DNA of 64,000 bases from a bacterium. GTDB lineage: Bacteria; Zhuqueibacterota; Zhuqueibacteria; Residuimicrobiales; Krinioviventaceae. Under the pieces are notes generated by a model, which was not told the origin of the DNA, ran no database searches, and saw only the letters and a program-made list of their open reading frames with translations. Location of the stretch: the NCBI GenBank assembly GCA_963675755.2, contig CAXXMD010000002.1:1088001-1152000 (forward strand), given 5' to 3'. Position numbers and translations under genes: made by a program. Below, one piece after another: positions 31,758 to 39,424 of this stretch. Every line of letters begins with the position of its first letter. Position 1 is the first letter of the stretch.

Positions 31758-34070
31758 CTATTTCCCGGTTGTGCTCATGTATTCAAACAATTGGATGGAC
31801 ACAGCTTTTCCCTGGTCTCCCACTTCAAGCACTGGCCCAACACAGGCAGGACAACCATTCTCGCATCCACAATCATTAACCAGACCGATACAGGCTTTGG
31901 CAATTTCAGGATAAATGCTAAACAGCTTTTTGCTGAATCCAACTCCACCGGGATACTGGTCCCAGATAAACAGTGTGGGCTTTTGCCACAAGGGTGCTCT
32001 TACCATGGGCATGGCAGCAAAATCGCGACGGTCACCCATTACAAACAACGGCACCACATGACTCAGCACATTAGAAGCCGCTTTTAATCCATCTCCCAAC
32101 TGCTGTTTGTCTATGCCCAGTATTTCATGGACCTCTTCCGGGAAACCATACCAGAAAGCTGTTGTGTGAAGTTCCATTTCGGGAAGATCGATCTTGGCCC
32201 AGCCGATATTTTCATGAGTATTAAACTTGATTTTTTTATACATGGTCACCAGGTTGGTTACCACAATCTCGCCATAACCCAGTGATCGGGTATCAGTATG
32301 GTCTTCATCCGTAATCTCGATGACTTTGAGATCGCTCTTGAGTTGAGCATCCGTATAATGATCAACCTTGACCTGATGAACGTATGCCTTGCGTCGTTCC
32401 CAATCGAGCCTGTCCACATGGAACTGTTGTCCTTCATGGATATAAATGGCTTCGTCATGCACCATCATGGGAGCGGCAAACAGATCAATCTCGCCAATCA
32501 CTTTTTCCTCGGGAGTGGTTTTGTCAATTATTACCACATTTTCTTCAGCAGCACTACGCAGACTGATGGTCTCGGCAGGGTACGTTTCTGCCATCCAGTG
32601 CCAGCGGTCACCTGCCTTGTGAATAACCCGTTCTTCTTCCAGGTATTCCAGAATTTCCTGTGTGCTGTCCAGTCCACCATTACCTTTCAGGTCTTCTCCA
32701 AATCGTTCAGATGTAGTAAAGGGCAGTTCAAATGCCGCACATTTGATATGACTGAGCAGAATCACCAGGTTATCCGGATCAACAATGCCTGCTTCGGGTG
32801 ATTTACTGAACAGGTACTCCGGATGGTTTACAATATACTGGTCCAATGGCGAAGATGAGGCTATGAGAATTGCCAACGATGATCCACTGCGCCTGCCGGA
32901 TCGACCTGCCTGCTGCCAGGTACTGGCAATGGTGCCGGGATAGCCGGCCATGACGCACACTTGAAGTCTGCCGATATCGATACCCAATTCCAGCGCATTG
33001 GTACTCACTACACCGGTAATACTGCCCGCGCGTAGTCCGCGTTCAATCTCGCGTCTTTGTAGTGGAAGGTATCCACCACGGTATCCGCGGATAGAGCTGG
33101 CAGGTTTCTTTTTGTGGCGCATATGATCTTTTAAATATGTCAAAAGGATCTCTACATTCATGCGACTGCGAACGAATACAATAGTCTGCAGCATATTTTC
33201 AATAAACCGCGAAGCAATACGTTCGGTCTCCTTGATATAAGACCGGCGAATACCCAGTTCCCGGTTTACTACAGGCGGATTATAAAGGATAAAATATTTT
33301 TCTCCCTGCGGAGCGCCATTGTCATCTACCAGGTTCATAGGTTCACCGGTGAGTTTTTGTGTCAATTCCACGGGATTCGCAATGGTTGCGGAACAGCATA
33401 TAAACACAGGATTGCTGTTGTAAAACCGGCAAATGCGTTTGAGACGTCGCAGTACATTACCCAAATGACTGCCAAATACACCACGATAATGATGGATCTC
33501 GTCTATGACAATATATTGTAAATTCTCAAAAAGTTTAACCCAGGTCGTATGATGCGGTAATACGCCCGCATGCATCATATCCGGATTGGTAACAACAATA
33601 TGTCCCGAACTTTTGATCGCTTTGCGTGCAGATACCGGGGTATCTCCATCAAAGGTATAGCTTTTGATATCAAAATCAACAGATTCACCCAACAGTTCAA
33701 TAACTGAATGCAGCTCTGAAAGCTGATCCTGAGCAAGAGCTTTGGTAGGAAATAGATATAACGCCCGAGCCTCACGGGATTTAAGAACAGCATTGAGAAC
33801 AGGGATATTATAACACAGGGTCTTGCCAGAAGCAGTAGGTGTAACAATGACCGTATTTTTTCCATCCAATGCAGAACCTATTGCCTGTGCCTGGTGGGTA
33901 TACAATTGTTTGATTCCATGCTGCTGTAAAGCCGAAACAATTCGGGGATCCAATGTATCCGGAAACGGTGCGTACCGTGCCTCCCGTTCCGGCAAATGCT
34001 TCCACAAAGTTGCATTGCTGTTAAATCCGGGATCACGTTTTAGAATATCAATTACCTGGTCAATTGTCAT
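31758..34070 (-). CDS. DEAD/DEAH-box helicase with DUF1998 (YprA/MrfA/SftH-like)
   Basis: PTASGKT, DEIH, SAT, TNALELGIDIG, QQAGRSGR, and the C-terminal CGCENGCPAC metal motif. Confidence 0.93.
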   Translation of the reverse strand: MTIDQVIDILKRDPGFNSNATLWKHLPEREARYAPFPDTLDPRIVSALQQHGIKQLYTHQAQAIGSALDGKNTVIVTPTASGKTLCYNIPVLNAVLKSREARALYLFPTKALAQDQLSELHSVIELLGESVDFDIKSYTFDGDTPVSARKAIKSSGHIVVTNPDMMHAGVLPHHTTWVKLFENLQYIVIDEIHHYRGVFGSHLGNVLRRLKRICRFYNSNPVFICCSATIANPVELTQKLTGEPMNLVDDNGAPQGEKYFILYNPPVVNRELGIRRSYIKETERIASRFIENMLQTIVFVRSRMNVEILLTYLKDHMRHKKKPASSIRGYRGGYLPLQRREIERGLRAGSITGVVSTNALELGIDIGRLQVCVMAGYPGTIASTWQQAGRSGRRSGSSLAILIASSSPLDQYIVNHPEYLFSKSPEAGIVDPDNLVILLSHIKCAAFELPFTTSERFGEDLKGNGGLDSTQEILEYLEEERVIHKAGDRWHWMAETYPAETISLRSAAEENVVIIDKTTPEEKVIGEIDLFAAPMMVHDEAIYIHEGQQFHVDRLDWERRKAYVHQVKVDHYTDAQLKSDLKVIEITDEDHTDTRSLGYGEIVVTNLVTMYKKIKFNTHENIGWAKIDLPEMELHTTAFWYGFPEEVHEILGIDKQQLGDGLKAASNVLSHVVPLFVMGDRRDFAAMPMVRAPLWQKPTLFIWDQYPGGVGFSKKLFSIYPEIAKACIGLVNDCGCENGCPACVGPVLEVGDQGKAVSIQLFEYMSTTGK

Positions 34071-34081
34071 AATCTATTTTC

Positions 34082-36424
34082 CTAATTACGAATAATCTCA
34101 ACAGTTCCGGTTTCACCGTTTATTTCAATCAAATCACCATTTTTTATAAGCTGGGTTGCACTGGCAATTCCTGTTACCGTAGCAAGGCCAAATTCACGTG
34201 CAACAATGGATGCATGAGAAAGTACGCCCCCGGTTTCCAGCACCATACCCGAGATATAGGAAAAAACCGGTGACCAAGCTGGATCCGCAGAATGGGCAAC
34301 CAATATCTCATCATCGCCAATTTGTCTGGCCTGATCCAAAGTACGGGCAACAAACGCCCTGCCCCTGCTAATGCCTCGACTGACTCCAAATCCCTGCAAT
34401 CGTTCAAAATCATGCGGTTCATGTGATTTGGGTTGGGCTTGAGATCCTTCCAGCAATGATTGATACGCCTGCTTTCTTGATTGAATTTGCTCGTCAGGGA
34501 TTGTTGAATCAATAAAAGATTGAATCAATTCAGCCCGATCCATAAAAAACACATCATCTGCATGGACGAGTTTATCAGCTTTGTATAATATATTACCATA
34601 TTCAATGACAACATCCCGCATTACAGATAAAATCTTGTGCCACTCGTTGCGCTGATTTTCTCGCAGCAGCGTAAATTCTCTGGCGTATTTCAATAATAGA
34701 AAAAATATCCCTTTTAACAAAGGACGAATAAATAGGGACTGGTTATTAATTTGCTGAATACAGTTCTGTTCTGCCTGGTTGCTACGATTCAATAAATCCT
34801 TACGATTAGTAGAAAATTTCTCACCTGCGTTATTATTCTTGTTTAAAAGATCAGTCATATCTTTCCAAACCGGTTGAAAAATATCCAGACTTTCTGAACG
34901 GTGGCCATACAATTCATGAAAAGTTTTGATATCAGCATCCGTTTCAATAGCAAGCATAGCACGGTTGGCTTTGATTGTCTCATTCTCTTCAAAACCGGTC
35001 AACAAATCCGTCAAGGTCTCTTCAATCTGTTTGATTTTGCAGATTTGAAGACATTTTTTCAACAAGGCATAAAATATATCGGCAAAGGTTATACTCCATC
35101 GATGGAGTGATAAAAACCGGTCTGTTAGTTTTTCTGCTTCCTCAAAAACTGAAAACAATTTATCCTTTTGAGACAATTGGGCTTTCAATACCGGTAGTTT
35201 TTCTTTGTTCAGATTGGAAAATTGTTTCCATTTTATCAAATTCACACCAGGAATCCAGTTAAAATCACCGGTTAAAATCAAACGAAACAGATAGCGGAAT
35301 CCACGCCAGCTGTTTCTAAACCAGACATTACGATGTCCCAATAACAGTGATGCCTGTTTATCAAGCGAGATAAAATTTAAAGGAATGACAGAATATAGAC
35401 TTTGAAATACGGAGATACGTGTAAATGGAAATCCTTTAAACAACCGGGTTATATTTTCGGATGTAGCAAGCTTTCCATAGCCTAATCCTTTCAAAGGATC
35501 ACGATAAGCATTATTTTCCATCCATTTTTGTAATATGGACCAACCCAGGGGTGATAACGGTTTTGTAAAGCGCTCTGCAAAAAAATAATCAGTCCAGATT
35601 CCCCCCTCTTTATCAACGCGAATGCGTTGTCTGCTTACACTGTTGGTTACAGGACGGGATTGTAAAATCCAGACTTTATTGTTCTCAATTGCCCATTCAA
35701 TATCCTGATTGGCACCAAGTATCAATTCGATTTTGAGTCCCAGTTCAAGCAGTGATTTTAGCTGATCAGCAAATTCTGTTTGTTGTGACAAGGTTTTCCA
35801 CAGCCCGGTATTACCGGTTACAGATTTTATCGCTAATCCATTTCGGTTAATAGATATCCGTACCGGATCTATTTCACCGGACACCAGGCCTTCCCCATAT
35901 CCCTGAACAATTTCTAGTAAAAATGTATCCTGGTCACCAGTTACCGGATGTCGGGTAAATAATACACCCGCAAAATCAGGATTTATCATTTGCTGCAGCA
36001 TGACAGCCATCACTGCATGTTTATCAGAAAATCCAAATTGTTCCAAGTAGGTTGATACATGTGATGAGTCCAAAGATTTCCAGCAATCAGATATGGCATT
36101 TACCAGATTCTCCTTACCGGAAACATTTAAAAACGTTTCAAACTGACCGGCCAGAGAAAAGGATGCATGGTCTTCAAATGGAGCTGAAGAACGGACTGCG
36201 TATTTATTTTGAGGATTAAAGTTGGTTAGCGAGTCGAGTTGTTTTTGCAGTTTAAATAAAGATTTGCTTCTGTATTTTTTAAAAGCACAAGTAGTTACAA
36301 CATAAAATTCAGGAACAGGTATACCCATTTCAGCAAGTAAAGATAACCTGCCGGCTTTGGCACCGGTCAGGTTAATATTGGATGCACATACAGCATCCTT
36401 ATGTAAAATAGCGTTTATCTTCAT
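34082..36424 (-). CDS. PEP-utilising phosphotransferase (ATP-grasp, central domain, phospho-His swivel; rifamycin-phosphotransferase-like architecture)
   Basis: GAKA, AVRSSA..ED..SLAGQFET, DIEWA...ILQSRPVT, and C-terminal GGVLSHASIVAREFG; no pyruvate-binding TIM barrel. Confidence 0.85.
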   Translation of the reverse strand: MKINAILHKDAVCASNINLTGAKAGRLSLLAEMGIPVPEFYVVTTCAFKKYRSKSLFKLQKQLDSLTNFNPQNKYAVRSSAPFEDHASFSLAGQFETFLNVSGKENLVNAISDCWKSLDSSHVSTYLEQFGFSDKHAVMAVMLQQMINPDFAGVLFTRHPVTGDQDTFLLEIVQGYGEGLVSGEIDPVRISINRNGLAIKSVTGNTGLWKTLSQQTEFADQLKSLLELGLKIELILGANQDIEWAIENNKVWILQSRPVTNSVSRQRIRVDKEGGIWTDYFFAERFTKPLSPLGWSILQKWMENNAYRDPLKGLGYGKLATSENITRLFKGFPFTRISVFQSLYSVIPLNFISLDKQASLLLGHRNVWFRNSWRGFRYLFRLILTGDFNWIPGVNLIKWKQFSNLNKEKLPVLKAQLSQKDKLFSVFEEAEKLTDRFLSLHRWSITFADIFYALLKKCLQICKIKQIEETLTDLLTGFEENETIKANRAMLAIETDADIKTFHELYGHRSESLDIFQPVWKDMTDLLNKNNNAGEKFSTNRKDLLNRSNQAEQNCIQQINNQSLFIRPLLKGIFFLLLKYAREFTLLRENQRNEWHKILSVMRDVVIEYGNILYKADKLVHADDVFFMDRAELIQSFIDSTIPDEQIQSRKQAYQSLLEGSQAQPKSHEPHDFERLQGFGVSRGISRGRAFVARTLDQARQIGDDEILVAHSADPAWSPVFSYISGMVLETGGVLSHASIVAREFGLATVTGIASATQLIKNGDLIEINGETGTVEIIRN

Positions 36425-36437
36425 TCATGTGTCTTGA

Positions 36438-37436
36438 TCAATTCCGGCTTTTTAATTTAACGCTGTTAATTTGATCTAGCTGCAATTTTTCTAATTCTTT
36501 GTCAAAATTGTCCAGTAATTTCAACATTTCAAGATCATCTACCATATCTTCTTTTAACGGCAAACTTTTACTATTATGATCTAAAATATTCTTTTTACTA
36601 TCCAATGTCAGCGTAAGAATGCTGCCATACTTGCCCATACTTACAGAAGAGGCTACAATTGCGTCAAATTTATCACGCGGGTTAACTAGATAATATTGCC
36701 CGCCCATAATCGCGATATCAATATCAGGTACCGTTTCCAGAATATCTTTTAATTTTTTATAATTGCCATTATACAACAATACAACCAGATCTGCTTTTTT
36801 CTTGACCTTGGGTACCAAGTCTTTAGCTACCAGAACCGGATCTTTGCAATATAACATTGGCTCTTTTAATCGTTTTGAAAAGAGCATACCTCTGTCATCA
36901 CATAAACCAATTAAACCCAAAGAAATAGATTTGAATGGCAATCCACTGTCATCCTGTGCTTTGACAGTTTGAACTTGAAAAGGCTCGGTAAACGGTTCAT
37001 CCGTATCTTGATAAAATGTATTGGACGCAAGAAAATTGATATCATTCTCTTTTGCAAGCTCTTTCAAAACCTCACCACCGTTAATAAATTCACGGTGGGC
37101 CAGATTTATATTCTTGTATCCAAAACCGGACATGGTATGGACAAGGTAATCCGTATATAACTGGCTGATTTGATTTGCACCACGACTAAAGCCGCCGGCA
37201 TCCAGAAATACATTAAAATTGTTTTCATTTAAATGATCTTTAATAAAAGTAGCCCGCCGGGCTACTCCGCCGTAGCGTGCGGTCTTTCACCCACAGGGGC
37301 GAACATAGCCCATCAGATCATTTGTATGAAATATACTCAGCGTAGCAGTTGCTGTTGAATCTACTGCCTCAGAAGTACGTCCACAACCCAGGACCAATAT
37401 GGCTATAGATACAACAAATTTCATCAGTGTTTTCAT
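36438..37436 (-). CDS. UshA/5'-nucleotidase-like lipoprotein, probable selenoprotein (Sec at codon 50), 332 aa
   Basis: Hand translation from the ATG at 37436: MKTLMKFVVSIAILVLGC (lipobox)...IFHTNDLMGYVRPCG-TGA(37289-37287)-KTARYGGVARRATF...FLDAGG. It continues in frame into track ORF 36438..37133, and a hairpin follows the TGA. Confidence 0.85.
37248..37276 (-). promoter_or_regulatory. Candidate bacterial SECIS element
   Basis: GCUAC-GGCGGA-GUAGC stem-loop starts 11 nt after the UGA, with a G-initiated loop at +16. An overlapping AGUAGCCC-GGC-GGGCUACU stem is an alternative fold. Confidence 0.65.
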
Positions 37437-37465
37437 AATAAACCTGTATTAATTTTGCATCAATA

Positions 37466-37494
37466 ATGTTAAGCATTCATTTGATAAAAAGCAA
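37466..37494 (-). promoter_or_regulatory. Candidate sigma70 promoter of the selenoprotein-led gene run
   Basis: Minus-strand TTGCTT-17 nt-TAACAT. Confidence 0.5.
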
Positions 37495-37518
37495 GAATTC
37501 ATTAGCAAGAATTATATA

Positions 37519-37546
37519 CAAGCAGGGTCCCCTGTTACCCTGCTTG
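37519..37546 (-). terminator. Probable terminator after the PorV-like gene
   Basis: CAAGCAGGGT...ACCCTGCTTG 10-bp inverted repeat 12 nt after the stop; weak U tail. Confidence 0.6.
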
Positions 37547-37558
37547 ATTAATATTCAA

Positions 37559-39379
37559 TTAATTTCGTTTTACAAATATAAAATTTTCAAGAGCTTGAAT
37601 TTCTGCATTCACCGGACCTGTTAAATCCAAAACGATTCGGGTATACGGGCCATTGGGATGGAATCCCAGTCGGGCACGAATAAAGGGTCCACGATTCAAG
37701 GGTATCTCTTTAACGTCAGAAAGCATATAGACATTGGGAACGTCTATTATCAACCGTTCAGGCGAACTAAATGTACGTGTGGTATATTCGACTTTACCAT
37801 TAAAAATAATCTGAATCACCTGATCGTTAACAGCCTTGACTGTAATCAATGCAGAGCCATTTGGCATTTCTGGTTTAGAATTATTTGTAAACAACTCAAA
37901 TTCAACACGGCGGTTACGTTCTCTTCCCTCTTCGGTAGAATTGGGCGCTACAGGCTGCATTTCACCATAACCAATAGGCATATAAAATTTCTTGTCCGTA
38001 AAATTCTTGGTCTCTTTGAGGTAATTGATCACACTGGTTATGCGCTTTTGAGACAGGCGAATATTATACCAATCTGTACCGATACTGTCAGTATGTCCGG
38101 AAACATGTACAACTGAATTGGGATAATTTGCCAGAATATCACCCACCTGATTTACAGTGGACTCGTCAGAATCACGAATATCTGATTTATCAAAATCAAA
38201 ATTGATACGCATACTTACCAAAATCTTGTTATCCGCTTTTTGCTCTACTTCAATCTTGCCGTCACTGTCAGCGGCAATTTGTTGTGCGCGAGCCAAACGT
38301 CGGGCCATTTCATCTTTCATTTTGTCCAATTCCATTCGGGACTGGCGGGCAGCTTCCAGTTCACGCTGCAGTAACTCGTCATAATTATTTTCTTTTTTCT
38401 TCTCTACACCAAAATTCAAGAGAATGGAGAAACGATGAATATCTGCTTCTAGGGCATCAACCGGAGAATAAGCATAATCAATACGCGTTTCAGAATTGGC
38501 CAGCCATTCCATAGGAATATTTAAACCAAACCCCGCAGATATGGGAGAAGCCGCAACATCATGCAATTGATATCCTGCACGCAAAAATAATAAATCCGAC
38601 AATACAATTTCACTACCCATATAATAACGTAGATTTTCTTTCAAAGTCCATGCAACATCACCGGCAAAATTAATATTCATAGATTCTGATTTACCAAGGC
38701 TATAGCCGGCACCAAAACGAAAAGTAGTGGGCAAAGGAGAAGACATGTCTCTAAATTTTGCTTTGGTAATACCAATATTCTGAATGGTACCACCAAACAT
38801 GATATCATAAAGAGTAAACTGGGTACCAACATCAATTGCAAGAGCCGAGCTCTGTTCACCGGCAAGAGTCTGGCGTAAAAATTTTACATCGGCACCTACT
38901 CCAAACACATAATCCCATAATCCCAAACGTGTACCAAAACCCAATGTTGCAAGAATATCATCACCTGTTGCGGTTCCACCGGTTTCTCTAAAATTGACAT
39001 CCATTTCAGTGATTGAACCTTCATTGAAATAGGTCAAATCCATTCCTATAACACCGTAACGCATGGGAAACGCAAAAGCAAAAGAACCTTGCTGTGTATC
39101 ATCAATCCAGTTATGAAAATTCATAGACAGCATTTCATTAGACAATTGACCCAAACCACCAATATTGTAACGCATTAGGTTCACATCATCAGCAAATGCA
39201 GTAAAGGCTTCACCCATAGCTACCTGACGCGCAGCCGGACTGATCTTGAGAAACGGAGCTCCATGGTAGCCAATTCCGGAATTAGATGCACTAAAAGCAG
39301 TTTGAGCAAGAAATGATATGAATACACAAATATAGATGTATATGTGTTTTAAATATTTTTTTTGAAATATGGTTTTCAT
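37559..39379 (-). CDS. PorV/PorQ (UPF0164)-like outer-membrane barrel fused to OmpA-like and AMIN-like domains
   Basis: GAPFLKISPAARQVAMGEAFTA...IDYAYSP...HRFSI barrel, then a coiled linker, then INFDFDKS..GHTDSIG..YNIRLSQKR..GYGE..NRRVE (OmpA-C), then SSPERLIIDVP..TRIVLDL (AMIN-like). Confidence 0.82.
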   Translation of the reverse strand: MKTIFQKKYLKHIYIYICVFISFLAQTAFSASNSGIGYHGAPFLKISPAARQVAMGEAFTAFADDVNLMRYNIGGLGQLSNEMLSMNFHNWIDDTQQGSFAFAFPMRYGVIGMDLTYFNEGSITEMDVNFRETGGTATGDDILATLGFGTRLGLWDYVFGVGADVKFLRQTLAGEQSSALAIDVGTQFTLYDIMFGGTIQNIGITKAKFRDMSSPLPTTFRFGAGYSLGKSESMNINFAGDVAWTLKENLRYYMGSEIVLSDLLFLRAGYQLHDVAASPISAGFGLNIPMEWLANSETRIDYAYSPVDALEADIHRFSILLNFGVEKKKENNYDELLQRELEAARQSRMELDKMKDEMARRLARAQQIAADSDGKIEVEQKADNKILVSMRINFDFDKSDIRDSDESTVNQVGDILANYPNSVVHVSGHTDSIGTDWYNIRLSQKRITSVINYLKETKNFTDKKFYMPIGYGEMQPVAPNSTEEGRERNRRVEFELFTNNSKPEMPNGSALITVKAVNDQVIQIIFNGKVEYTTRTFSSPERLIIDVPNVYMLSDVKEIPLNRGPFIRARLGFHPNGPYTRIVLDLTGPVNAEIQALENFIFVKRN

Positions 39380-39424
39380 TTGATCTCCAATACCGTTAAA
39401 TCTCTATTCGCAAAATCCATCTAA

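Noticed and set aside
31758-34070. DUF1998 helicase as part of DISARM or Druantia anti-phage systems
   Set aside because: There are no adjacent DNA methylase, DrmA, PLD or Dru genes. The partner is a YprB-like nuclease, which fits the MrfAB repair pair.
34082-36424. Annotation as PEP synthase (ppsA) or as a confirmed rifampicin resistance gene
   Set aside because: It lacks the C-terminal pyruvate-binding barrel, and substrate-domain identity cannot be established by eye.
37287-37289. In-frame TGA read as a pseudogene or as genome-wide stop reassignment
   Set aside because: Other genes here (apt, second buk) end properly at TGA, so the code is not reassigned. The CxU context, the hairpin and an otherwise intact frame favour Sec over a nonsense mutation, although the latter is not formally excluded.
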